Assembly: GCA_027923505.1 (NCBI GenBank)
Contig: BROI01000007.1
Coordinates: forward strand, 558,001-622,000
Source of the DNA: Mayamaea pseudoterrestris
Taxonomy: Eukaryota
DNA: 64,000 bases
Reading direction: 5' to 3'
Below, one piece after another: positions 1-11,020 of this stretch; position 1 is the stretch's first letter, and every line of letters begins with the position of its first letter. Under the pieces are notes generated by a model, which saw only the letters and a program-made list of their open reading frames with translations, was not told the origin of the DNA and ran no database searches. Both the position numbers and the translations under genes were made by a program.

Positions 1-1612
1 CGGTCGTTGCAGAAACAGAACCCGTCTTGGTTTGCTGATATGCCGAGAGAGCTGCAGCCGCAGCTGCTGCGGCCGCAGACGAACCCGCTTGTAAGGTCGT
101 TTCATTATTCGTAGAACCTGCAGCAGGAGCTTCGGCGCCATTGGCTGTCTTGACAACCTTTGCTTTGTCTTGCTCAACCGCGAGTGCCGCAGCATCCGCC
201 TTGCGCTTCTTCTTCATTTGCGTACCAGCTGCGGACAAGTCAGCCGCTTGCTGCTTCCGAAACTGATCCTGAACTTCTGTAACATCCATCATTTTCATCT
301 TGGATCGCTGATGTGAATTTCGCTCAGCAGCCAGCTGTGACCTTGATGCAGAAGCTGCCGCAACCATCGACGCAGATAAACTAGCTGCTGCTGATCCACT
401 ATTGCCGCTACTCGCAGTTTGATTGCGTTGAAGGCCGCTCTTCTTGTTACGGAGCAAGGCTTGCGCCGCACCAGCCTTGCGCGCCTTGAGAATGGGCTGC
501 GTTCGCACATTTCCAGCGGTTGGCCCTCGACTCGTCGCAGACGACATGCCTGGTCGCGCCAGTGGTTTGGTTGGCATGAGAAACATGGATGACTTCTTCT
601 TGACGGGTTGTTTCGTGGTTGTGCGACTAGCTGCTGCGCCTGCTGGAGCCGTGGAGTCTGCTGATGCAGCCATGGCTGCTTCGGAGGAGGGTCGTGCTGA
701 TCCATTGTTTGCTTGGGGGCTGGCCATGCTAGCGTTTGCCTTGACCGATGCCATGCCGGCGGCAGTGACAGTGTCGTGTGTTTGCTCCTCCATTGCCTTG
801 AGTTCCTCCATTTTGGCATCCATGTGCAAAATCTCGGCTGATTCATTGACTTTAAAATGCTGATGCGGCGCAGTAACTTCTGGAAGTACTTGTTGTAGTA
901 CAGATGGAGACAAGAGGGCGTAGTAGAAGGGAGCTAGCGTAGGATCAGCATCCGCAGTTGCTGCCATGAATCTTTGCGGATTGTTGGCATCTTCTTCGTC
1001 GTCGGAATCAAATTCGTACTGCTCAGTCTGTTTGATGCGCGCATTGACTCTTTGTAATATCTTTTTGCATGTTTTATCCAACACCTTTTTTGCTTCGGTG
1101 CCCATATTTGCTGTCTCTTGAGGCAAGTCTGGTGAAGCATCACTGTCCCTGCTGGCAATTTTGTATTGCACGAGTCCAGCAATGACTCGAACCCACTCGT
1201 CGTAGGTTTTCGTCGTCTGAGCCTCCTGGAGTATCTTGGACACTTCTGCATCCATCTCTTCAATTTCATCCTCGTTACTAATGCTGCGTGCATTGTCGTT
1301 TTCTCCTGCAGAATCGAGCCCAAGCAAGGCAATGAGTATTCGCAACTGCGTCGACTTGTTTGTTTTGACAAGAATTTTTCGGATGCGTCGCAGGTACTGT
1401 CGAGCTGAGTAAGGCTGATTACTGCTAGAACTAGTCGTCGCGCTCACAACGACGCGCAAGGCTGGCGTGACAATCGCCTTGGTCAATTCCAAGCTGGAGA
1501 AGGGCGATCGTAGTTTGCTTTCAATACTTGTCAAAAAAGCATCCAAGTCCCCGACGATATCATCGTCATCATCCGAATCAGAATTGGCATTATTTCCTTC
1601 AGCGTCTGACAT
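1..1612 (-). CDS. Negative elongation factor A (NELF-A)-like protein, 3'-partial (runs off the window start)
   Basis: Hand translation from ATG at 1612; absent from the ORF track because no stop lies in the window. Reads MSDAEG...KLRSPFSSLELTKAIVT...YLRRIRKILVKTNKSTQLRILIALLGL...EEMDAEVSKILQEAQ...DEWVRVIAGLV...LAPFYYALLSPSVLQQVLPEVTAPHQHFKV...KMKMMDVTEVQ...MKKKRK. These blocks are colinear with recalled animal NELF-A motifs (SAVKLKLLLG, DPWVLMVADIL, PLECQYL..KHFQL, VKLLDISE..KRRRK). Confidence 0.72.
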   Translation of the reverse strand, partial: MSDAEGNNANSDSDDDDDIVGDLDAFLTSIESKLRSPFSSLELTKAIVTPALRVVVSATTSSSSNQPYSARQYLRRIRKILVKTNKSTQLRILIALLGLDSAGENDNARSISNEDEIEEMDAEVSKILQEAQTTKTYDEWVRVIAGLVQYKIASRDSDASPDLPQETANMGTEAKKVLDKTCKKILQRVNARIKQTEQYEFDSDDEEDANNPQRFMAATADADPTLAPFYYALLSPSVLQQVLPEVTAPHQHFKVNESAEILHMDAKMEELKAMEEQTHDTVTAAGMASVKANASMASPQANNGSARPSSEAAMAASADSTAPAGAAASRTTTKQPVKKKSSMFLMPTKPLARPGMSSATSRGPTAGNVRTQPILKARKAGAAQALLRNKKSGLQRNQTASSGNSGSAAASLSASMVAAASASRSQLAAERNSHQRSKMKMMDVTEVQDQFRKQQAADLSAAGTQMKKKRKADAAALAVEQDKAKVVKTANGAEAPAAGSTNNETTLQAGSSAAAAAAAAALSAYQQTKTGSVSATT

Positions 1613-2024
1613 TTTTATGCAATCAATGAAGCAGCAGGATATGAGTAAGAATATTTGTCATCGAACGCGAGCTTGTTCTCATGGTCGAGAGAAACGCAAC
1701 CGCGCGATGATGACGTCACGACACCGGTCCGACTTGATGACGTTTTGTCCCACTTTTCGATTTGAACGCCATGGAGATTGATGCGACTCCGACCTGCGAC
1801 GAGCTCTCGCGACATCATACTGCACCAACAATTAAACCAAAGGCATGGCTTGGATATACCGGTAGCAATACGCTTCTCTTGAATAAGATCGTCGCATTGG
1901 CTGCTTTCGTTTTAGGGTGAACGACCCATAGCAAAGCTCACAGTCTGTCGTTGAAAGAGCAGTTCAGCAGCACGCGAAACGAAGGCGCGACGACGGGCGA
2001 CATTGCATCACTATAGCGTACATC

Positions 2025-3687
2025 ATGTCTGCCAGCACTCCTAACAACCCAATCGCATCCAACGAGGAAGGCGATGGAGTCGCAGAACCTATTTTTGCTG
2101 CTCCCGAGGATGAACCGCCTCGCTTGGTGCTGCGCAACCTTCCGTTTGACCAGTCTCGAAACATTATTCAGGATGAACACAATCATGGAACCACCAAGAT
2201 TGGTCGCTTGATTCGACATGACTTTTTTCACGTTTTGTTGCAGCTTTCAACTTGGAGGCTAATGCTGCTCATGCTGTTCATTTGGACGTTTTTGGTTCTC
2301 TTTTTTGCCGCCATGTATGTTGCGGCAAACAGGGGGCATGGCACGGGGGTCTGCAATTTGGGCTTGCCTGGCGAGCCTTTATACTATTACAGTGCGTTTG
2401 CCTTTTCGCTGCAAACGCAGCAAGCAACTGGGTAAGACGTTTGTTCTTTGTTTTCGCAACGTTCTTGGAAAGTGATACTTGTCTGTGCGCGTGCTGCAAG
2501 CTAAAGTCACATCTCACCCAATTGTTGTGCCTACGACTTACGTAGCTATGGGCTCCCAAACTCGAGCAATGCCTTCTTTGAGGACTGCCCTGCTCTCATT
2601 GCAACAGTATACTTTCAAATGACATCCTCACTGTTTTTCAACGGTGCGTGGCATCAATCTCGACAATGCGCGACGAGTTTTGTGGTTGAACAAGCTGAAA
2701 CTAGCAATTGACGAGACAAGCTGCTCACGCTTTATTTCTATCTGTTCTAAAGCCTTTTTGATCGGTGTCATTATTTCACGAATTTCCAATTCGGCGAATC
2801 GGTCGGTCCAATGCATGTTTTCGAAAAAGGCAATTGTTTCCATGATTGGAGGTCAGCTTCGTTTCCAGTTTCGTGTCTTTGATTTGGATTCTAGACACCC
2901 TGTCGTTGAAGCGAGGGTCAAACTCTTTGCGGTAACCAAGGATCGTCCCGTGCCGCGGCCATTGCGGACGCTCCAACCCAATGACGAACTGGGAGGCATG
3001 CTCTTCCTTTCACTACCGCAGGTTGTCAGCCACCACATTGACAGTTACAGCTTGCTGCATCCACCAGTCTCGCGAGATCCGGCACTGACGGACGAACATC
3101 ATGGCCCAATCTACCATCACAATAATCATGGCCTCGTCTTGCGCCAAGCCGACTCTGCCACTTGCAGTCGCAAGGAGGTGATTTGCTCCATCTGCGGCGC
3201 GACTCATAGCACGCATGAACGCTGGGCTCGCCATGTTGAGTATATGCAGATGATGGAGCGCCAAGAGGATTTTCCAACCGAAGGGACACACCTATCAATT
3301 TCATCGCAGGAGGTGAACGTGGATCGATACCAACCGATGCAAAATATGGCAGTTTTGGAGTCTCACTATCTGGACAATATCAGTGAAGTGATTTGCGTAG
3401 TGGAAGGCATTGATCCATTGACGTCGGGAACATTTACAGCTCTATACAGCTATCGCGCCACCGATATTGTTTGGGACGATGGGGCCATGTTTAGTCCCTG
3501 TCTTCGAGTCGAGAAGGATTTATTTCGCGTCGATTTGAACCGCTTCCATGGCATTACAATAAAACCAAAGGGGCGTTTGCAGCAACTGTCGCTTCGTCTG
3601 CATGATTCGTTTTTTCGCGAGACAGAAGCGGAGCAAGGCAAGCCCATTGCCATTCCTGACCGAATCGCTGAGGAAGAAGATGAGTAA
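2025..3687 (+). CDS. Inward-rectifier K+ channel (Kir/IRK family); exons 2025-2431, 2546-2643, 2753-3687
   Basis: Slide helix DFFHVLLQLSTW, TM1, pore spliced as FSLQTQQATG|YGLP, TM2, MFSKKAIV, LRFQFRV and VICVVEGIDPLTSGTFTALYSY cytoplasmic-domain motifs. GT-AG introns at 2432-2545 and 2644-2752 join the frames. Confidence 0.88.
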
Positions 3688-4139
3688 GACGGCGTTAGGT
3701 TGTTGACTGGTAGCAACGGTGATCTATTTTTGTCTTTAGCTTTTTCTTCTTAAAATGCAATAGCATATATATTAATTGCAGATGCTACAGGTGAACAGGG
3801 TATAATTTGGTGGCACCAATCTCACCATATATGTGTTCCCAAGCATGGCAGAACATAGTTAACAAAACAGACTTTAAGGGTAGTGGTTGAAGGCCACACA
3901 TGAAGCACCATGGAGCTGCTTACTGTGTGGTTTTTTGCCCTTTCATATCTTAAAGCATAGCCAGAACAGCATTGCTGGATAAAGACTTTCGGGTTAGTCT
4001 TGGAAGGCCAGATAGCTGATTACTTCGAACTCTTTGTTGGGCTACCTTTAGATAGATACATCTGCAGACTCAAGCTTTTACTTTTTACTTGTTATTCTCA
4101 ATAAACCATCATCATTATATTGCAAATTTCCAAGCAAAT

Positions 4140-6278
4140 CTAAACTGTTTGCTTCTCAAAAAATGGGCCAAAGACTTCTGAAATCATGCAACGCGCTGGC
4201 AAGAATTTATCGGCGTCTTCTGGTGTGAGCAGACGTATCGTGTGAGTCACCTTGTCCCTTTCAAACTTTGCTTCAAATTCTTCAGCAACCGCTTTTGAAT
4301 CAATAATGGCTTCATGCTCAATCTCGTAAAAGCTTGCTCGAGGCCAAAGATTGAAGCTACCACAAGCACTCCATTCGCCGTCAATGGTTGCATACTTGGC
4401 ATGTACAAACGACGGAGTATTGCCATTGACAGGGGCGGTCACATAAACCTCCGCGTCAGGCGCGACTGTGAGCAAGTGCCGAAGGGATAAGAACATGTCG
4501 CGCTGCCCACCTCGAAGGTCATTGGAAAAGTAGGAGTTAAAAAGCAGCTTGCAGCGTACACCACGCGCAGCTGCAAGACCAATGGCCTCGTTCACGACAA
4601 GTGGATAGGCAGAGTGGCCGAAGCACATGGTGATGGATGTCGTTGCCTGTTTGATTGCGCCCATTATGACTCGAAAGATAGCATCTTCACCCTCAAAGCT
4701 TGGTAAGGATCGGACAATGGCCACGCGACATGCCTGATCGCTATAGACTTGACGAGAGACCATTTCCGACAAGCGAGCACCGAGCTCAGTCTTGGATACC
4801 GGCAAGTCATGCGAAACATCAGCAGGCAAACAACGTGACGCCGCATCCCACAATGCTTTCGTCGATGCATAGATTTGATCGACAACGTCGCCCACCACAA
4901 GCATGTCAACTTCTGTTGTCGCCGCATTTAGCTGAGGATTTAGGTTGCTTCCACCAATAATACCAACCTTGCGGTCAACGACAATAGCCTTGGAGTGATT
5001 CTTGACGCGATACTTGTGTTTCGCATCGCGGGCACACCACCAGCGAATCTGAAACTTGTCTCCAAACTCGGTGGCCATTTCACAAATCTTGCGCAAAAAG
5101 TCCAACGTGGTCAAGGCTTGCGCATGCGTAAACTCTGGAGCATTGGCAGGACAATGGTCGAGAAACGACGTCAAGGTGACACTGCCACTTCGATCCTGCG
5201 TAAGCTTGGTTGCCGCGTCCTTGTTGACAAAGGCGCTCCTGATGAATGCACTCTCCATAGTCATCAAGTCAAGCAGCAAGTGAACCGTCACGTTGTGCTG
5301 ACGAATGCAGTAGGGAAGCAGATCAAGCATAATGTATCGCTGCGCCGGGTCATTGCCAAAAAAGTAGCAAGTACTAATCTGGATGGATTGTTCGGCTGCC
5401 ATGCAGAGACCCATGGCGCATTCCAAGTACTCGTCGCGCTGTTTCAACAATCGGACGCTGGTGTTTGGAACGTACGCGTCCTTGCAAGTAGCTTCTGGGC
5501 TTGGACATTTCTCTGGAGCGTATGCTGCCTTCCATTCATCAGGGTCAACTACATGGTTCAGAATCGTCGAGGCTTCTTGGAACATGATGGTTTCCAGAGT
5601 GTTGTTGATCAGTGCCTCGGGGATGCATCCTTCGTGAAAGTCCCAGTTGGATATTCCTTCCGTGCGAGCTTCCCTTGACGCAAACTCTCCCAACGTCAAA
5701 AACTCGAGACGAAGCAAAAGCACCTTTTTGATGATGTCGCAGCATTTGAGAACAAATTCCGGAGTCGGCAAGGGAACCGAATTCGTCGCGTAAATGTCAA
5801 GCACTTGATATGGGGTTTTCGGCACGTCCGACCAGATGCGACCAACCGAAACGTCATGCTCCAGTGTAGTACTAGTATAAAATCCAGGTGCTCGACCAAC
5901 TTGCTGCGGCATGAGGCGCAAGGCATCCTCGAGTTTCTCCAAGTGCGCCAAGGTAGTCGCCAAGTCATTCTCATACAGAGGTACTCGGAACTGCTCGAGT
6001 ACTTGAGGGATTGACAGTCGACTAGCGGTAGTATTGGTGCAAGTAGCAGCAGCCGCAGCCGCAGCAGCTAGTACAGCAGTTGCTGCAAAGACAGTGTCTT
6101 GGACTTGCTGGACAGCAGCTTGAACAAGAACCGACTCAACGACGGCGGAAGCGACTGCTGCCTCCGTCGGAGGCATCGGAACCACTGCTGTAACAGCTGC
6201 CGCAGTCATCGTTGGGTCGTTGTCATTCTGCTCAAACACTGAGCTCACGGGAAGGCTTGTTGATAGCATTATTGGCAA
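4140..6278 (-). CDS. Phospholipase D superfamily protein (cardiolipin-synthase-like, two HKD motifs)
   Basis: Long ORF with NHSKAIVVD..GGSN and VHAKYATID..GSFN motifs. The true start is probably a nearby in-frame ATG. Confidence 0.85.
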   Translation of the reverse strand: MPIMLSTSLPVSSVFEQNDNDPTMTAAAVTAVVPMPPTEAAVASAVVESVLVQAAVQQVQDTVFAATAVLAAAAAAAATCTNTTASRLSIPQVLEQFRVPLYENDLATTLAHLEKLEDALRLMPQQVGRAPGFYTSTTLEHDVSVGRIWSDVPKTPYQVLDIYATNSVPLPTPEFVLKCCDIIKKVLLLRLEFLTLGEFASREARTEGISNWDFHEGCIPEALINNTLETIMFQEASTILNHVVDPDEWKAAYAPEKCPSPEATCKDAYVPNTSVRLLKQRDEYLECAMGLCMAAEQSIQISTCYFFGNDPAQRYIMLDLLPYCIRQHNVTVHLLLDLMTMESAFIRSAFVNKDAATKLTQDRSGSVTLTSFLDHCPANAPEFTHAQALTTLDFLRKICEMATEFGDKFQIRWWCARDAKHKYRVKNHSKAIVVDRKVGIIGGSNLNPQLNAATTEVDMLVVGDVVDQIYASTKALWDAASRCLPADVSHDLPVSKTELGARLSEMVSRQVYSDQACRVAIVRSLPSFEGEDAIFRVIMGAIKQATTSITMCFGHSAYPLVVNEAIGLAAARGVRCKLLFNSYFSNDLRGGQRDMFLSLRHLLTVAPDAEVYVTAPVNGNTPSFVHAKYATIDGEWSACGSFNLWPRASFYEIEHEAIIDSKAVAEEFEAKFERDKVTHTIRLLTPEDADKFLPARCMISEVFGPFFEKQTV

Positions 6279-6626
6279 TGTATGCTGTCAATTCAATATA
6301 ATCAGATATTGATAGTGTATAGAGGGCTTTGCTGGTTCTCTCGGATCGTTGCAAGGCTTTGTACGTTGTGATAGAATGAGTGTGGCAGGCAGGAGCGCGA
6401 GGCGCTGCGATTGTGTCGTGTTCCCCGAATGACGAGGGCGCGGGGGTGCGGGGCTTAATTGGCATGCGTTGGAGCTAGCATGCACGAGTGAATAGTATGA
6501 CGACACTTCTTTCAGAGTTCCAGTCGGCCGGTACCGGTACGATAATACCGGGTAGCTCTCAAGTCTCCATTTACATGATCGCAAAATCGTTCATTTCTTT
6601 ACTTTTCTATACATATCAGCGAGACC

Positions 6627-7904
6627 ATGACTTCGACTTTAACTGACGAAGGATCCAAATTGACAATTATTTTGTCGGATAGCTTGGAAATAATTGAAAG
6701 TGCGAGCAGCGGGGGCGAGCGCACCATTACAGTTTCGACCGACCAACTTCTTTGCGATGCCATGGATGAGTACAATCACACTCGATTCCGTCGGGCTCGC
6801 ATCTTGGAAAGCGTATTGCGAGAGCAGCAACGAGTGGGTAAAGGCACAGGAGGAAGCATGCGTTGGCTTCCTGTGGCAGCTGCAACGAGTATGGACTTCT
6901 ACAAACTTGTTCACACGGAAGGTCTCTTGACCTTTCTCTTGAACGCTTTTCAAGCGTGGGAAAGTCTTGGTCCGCAAGGTCGGGATCTCAAGGGATCTTT
7001 GCCGGTAGAAGAAGTTGAACATTCTACGAAGGCTGGAGGCGATGATGAGCCATGTCCACCGCTTATTCCCATCAACATGCCTCTTCCTCGACTCCCAAAC
7101 AGTCGCCAGCGACCAAGTAAACATGTATTTGGTCAAATGGGATACTACTGCAACGATACCTGTACTCCAGTTTTTGATCACCTGGTTCATGAACTCTTGG
7201 AGGATGCTGGTGTCATGCAGAGTGTACTTGACTTGGCGCTTGTAGAGCGAGATACAAAGTCTACGATTTACGCGGTGCCAACTCATCCGGGCCACCATGC
7301 CGCGCACGATAGTTTTGGAGGATACTGCTACGTGAATCATGTGGCGGCCCTCGCAAAGCAGCTGCAGGAAAAGCTGTCGAAAATGGGAACCATTGGCGCA
7401 AAGATTGCCATTTTGGACGTGGATTACCATTGCGGTAATGGGACTGCCAGCATCTTTCACGACGATTCCAGCGTTTTGCTTGTAAGCTTGCATTGCGATC
7501 CTGACTATGACTATCCATTTCATATTGGATATGCTGACGAAGTTGGAGAAAAGGGTGACTCGTCGAGAACGCTTCATTTGCCGCTTCCTCCCAAGACAAA
7601 ATGGCCCGCCTATCGAGTCGCGTTGGAGCATGGTCTGTCGAGAATCGTCAATGACTTTGACCCACAGGCGCTCATTGTGTCACTGGGGCTTGACACGTAC
7701 GCGGAAGATCCCTGCGCCCTTCGGCTCGCCGGCTTTGAACTACAAGGCAACGACTATGTTGAAATGGGTCGACTCATTGGAGAGCGCAGTGCCAGCATAT
7801 CGACTGTTATTTTTGTGCAGGAGGGAGGATATCGGATGGATGCCGTTCCAGAGGCTGCGAAGAATGTTGTTACGAGCTGTCATGCGAGTCGACAGCTGGG
7901 TTGA
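6627..7904 (+). CDS. Zn-dependent deacetylase, HDAC / acetylpolyamine amidohydrolase-like
   Basis: Motifs PGHHA, GGYCYVN, DVDYHCGNGT, VSLH, SLGLDT, QEGGY. Confidence 0.88.
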   Translation: MTSTLTDEGSKLTIILSDSLEIIESASSGGERTITVSTDQLLCDAMDEYNHTRFRRARILESVLREQQRVGKGTGGSMRWLPVAAATSMDFYKLVHTEGLLTFLLNAFQAWESLGPQGRDLKGSLPVEEVEHSTKAGGDDEPCPPLIPINMPLPRLPNSRQRPSKHVFGQMGYYCNDTCTPVFDHLVHELLEDAGVMQSVLDLALVERDTKSTIYAVPTHPGHHAAHDSFGGYCYVNHVAALAKQLQEKLSKMGTIGAKIAILDVDYHCGNGTASIFHDDSSVLLVSLHCDPDYDYPFHIGYADEVGEKGDSSRTLHLPLPPKTKWPAYRVALEHGLSRIVNDFDPQALIVSLGLDTYAEDPCALRLAGFELQGNDYVEMGRLIGERSASISTVIFVQEGGYRMDAVPEAAKNVVTSCHASRQLG

Positions 7905-7921
7905 TGAATACTAATATGTCT

Positions 7922-7958
7922 AAATGAATGAATGAATGAGTGAGTGAATGAATGAATG
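7922..7958. repeat. (GAAT/GAGT)n microsatellite
   Basis: aatgaatgaatgaatgagtgagtgaatgaatgaatg between two convergent 3' ends. Confidence 0.8.
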
Positions 7959-8007
7959 GGTGCACTATTCGAATAAGTATTATAAGTCGCAGTTTTATTT
8001 AATTATA

Positions 8008-10174
8008 TCACAGTTGCTTAAACAGATAGGCATGCTCGCAGAGTGCGACAATGTTTGGCCGCAGCGATTGCTCGTAAGTGAGACATGCTTGAATGAATTC
8101 CTTGCCTTGCTCCGACACCTGCGGCTGATCCGGAAAGTGGACATGGTGTGCATTCAACATGGTTTGATCCTTGAGAATGCGATCTTGCGATTGCCCCTCT
8201 CCAAACGGCCGTCTTCCATAGAGCATCTGATAGTATATAGTGCCAATGGACCATACATCTACTTTTGAACTGATGCGAACGTTGTCGTCCGTGACAAAAC
8301 ATTCTGGAGGCAAGTACCAATATGTTCCCGCTCCTTGCGAAGTGAGCTCCATACTCTCGGCCGAGTCGACAGTGTCGACGATCTTACTTAACCCAAAATC
8401 TGTAATCTTGGCATCGCCGGCAACATCAAACAAAACTGTAAAGAAGAATGGTGTGTGAGCCACTACTCTGACACCAATCATTGCTCTCAGTGCATACACA
8501 TCAAACTCACTGTTGCCCGGTTTCAGGTCATAATGGATAATACCCTTACGCGCCCCATCTGCAGAGGGCTGGCTCAAATACTGCATTCCCAATAAAATTT
8601 GGAATAAAATGGCACGGGCATCGCGCTCGGCAAGCGACTTCCTCTCCTTCAGTAAGACGTCCAAGTCGCCACCACCGCAGCACTCCAGAACAGTGGCAAA
8701 TGAATTAATATCAATTTCAAATACATCAAATAATGACACGATCCGCGGATGGCGAACATTCTTGTGAATTTCGTATTCTCGAGAAATATGCTTGGTGTAA
8801 TTTTCCTTCTTGCTGTCGGACCATCGAGGATCAAGCTGATGAATCTTGACGGCGACATCACACAGCTCAACTAGGTCATATGCTTTCCAAACCTCTGAAA
8901 AGCCTCCTTTTCCAAGAAGCGACTGCAGGACATATCGATCATGCAGTTTTGGGCGCGATCGAAAGCGAGAATTATCTTCGCTATTGACGCGCTTGAGCCC
9001 ACGAACATGAGCAGCCTTTTCTAAATTCAGAGCCTGCTCTTCTCGGATCAATTCCTGCTCGCGACGGCTAACGTCCGACAAATGGTATTCCACCGATTCA
9101 AGTGCTTCTGCTGCTTCCAGGCGGCTGTTGATTGCAATTCCACCCACTATTTCAGACTCGTCGTTGCAGTTACCTCGCGAAACTCTCTCCCATGCCTTTT
9201 TAGCCGCTTCCTTTCGCAACTCCAATGTATTGCGCTCCTTCTTAAGCTTTGATTTTGTTTCCAGCAGCGTCTTGGTCGCTTGCCCGTCCTGCCAAACTTC
9301 TACAGTTCGCATACCGACACGCTGGATAACAATCTGCCCCAACCGCGCTCCATTGACTGCCAGATTGGCTCGAACCGCCGCAGCGTCTTGCTCCGCCTGC
9401 TTGCGAATACTTTCCTCAACTACGCGCATTAAACGCGAGACTTCCTGCGCCTGCATTTGCTTGGCCGTCGCCAGTTGATTCTGACAGCGCTCCAAGGAAA
9501 CCGTCAAGTTGGCATGTAGAATGCTTCGATGGTTGCGAATGGCCGAGAGTTGTTCCGTCGTTTCCTTGAGAGTTTGCTCAAGTTCCGTACAATGACGCTG
9601 AAGCAGCTGCAGCTGAGTGCGATCATCACTGCCAGAGGCTGTAGATGAAATTGGTTTGGTGGTTGCGTTGGCAGGGATTAAAGCACGTGGAAGAGTCGAC
9701 TCGCGTAAAGGTGGCTCGTCGACTGGCAAGGGCACGTTAGCCTTGGTACTAGAAGGCTTGAAAAAGTTGGAAATGAGTCGGTTATTAGTTGGTCCCTTGG
9801 TTGTGTTGCGCTTTTTGGAATCGCGTGAATTAGTGGTTGGGCTCGTGGCTGGTAGCACGTCCGTCGGAGCAACTGCATCATTCGTCACGGGAGCGACAAC
9901 TGCAGCTTCCATCGTAGCCTCCGCAGACTTTGCTTGCTGCTGGGCAGCCCGTGATCGCTTGCGAGCTTCCGCCTTCTTTGAGTTATCCTTGGCCGGTGCA
10001 TTCGTTTCAACCTTGATTGTCTTGCCCCCAAGATTCTCCTTGACTGATGGTAAATCAAATTTAACAGGGTTGGCTGGCTTTCGCTTCCTTTTATTTTTCC
10101 CGCTAGTTTCTGCTTCATTCGAACCGTTTGTTGGCGGAGATGGAGATTCGCTGATTTGAACGACAGAAGGTGAC

Positions 10175-10206
<32 letters not shown>

Positions 10207-10563
10207 ACTGCTCAAATGAGCCGTAATCAGAGTGTGCGTACTCGCGTTGGATGCGTCCGCCTCTAAAACGGAGTCACCGCCAGCAACCTTGACCATTTGT
10301 CGAGCTGCTGCCAAGTTAACTTCATGCAATGACGTGGAAAGATTGCTGCGACTTCCAGTGTTGCTGTTGTTACTGCTTCCCATGAGAACAGGCGTATCAA
10401 AGCCAAAGGAATGGACCTGCATGTGCGGGGAATTTAGAGTAGGGGTATCAGAATCATAAGGCTCTGTGAAACGAGCTTCGAGCAATTCTAATTTTTGCTC
10501 CAACGAGACACGGTTGGAAACTGGAGATTGCTTCAGTTGCGGCATGATGTTGCTGTTGACCAT
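8008..10563 (-). CDS. TLK: Tousled-like kinase; one stop-free 75-bp intron at 8436-8510
   Basis: Coiled coil, then LLGKGGFSEVWKAYD, VAVKIHQL, KKENYTKH..REYEIHK, IIHYDLKPGN|ILFD, KITDFGLSK, MELTSQGAGTYWYLPPECF, ISSKVDVWS. Confidence 0.93.
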
Positions 10564-11020
10564 GGCAGATTGCTGATTGCTGATTGCTGGAGGTAACGTC
10601 GCCTTATGGACAATGATTGGTGATTATTAGATAGATAGCTAAGAGATGCGAGCTGTCGTGGCAATCTTGAATGCTATCAATAACAACGCAGACTGCTTTG
10701 TGGCTCTCGTCGCATCATTGTGCGGATGGATTTGACAGAACAAATCGGTTGATCGGAGGCGCGGTTGCCGCGCGCTCGCGGCGGGCGTCCAATGCGAGAA
10801 AAGTCGTGGTGCGACACGAGACAGCATGTTCCTTCATTTTGGCGATGAGGCAGTAATTAATCAAGACTATTCCCACTATATTTGTATGTAATTGCTCGTA
10901 CAGAGATTTTCAGACGTTGAGAGATACTTTATTGATTTAAAAGGGCTCGCACGCTGGATAAATTCCTCGCTGCAACATAAAACGATTGCTTCGGCCGAGC
11001 CATCGAATTACCGACACTAT

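Noticed and set aside
295..1781. Short ORFs listed in the track for 295-1781
   Set aside because: They overlap the long minus-strand NELF-A-like frame and lack coding hallmarks.
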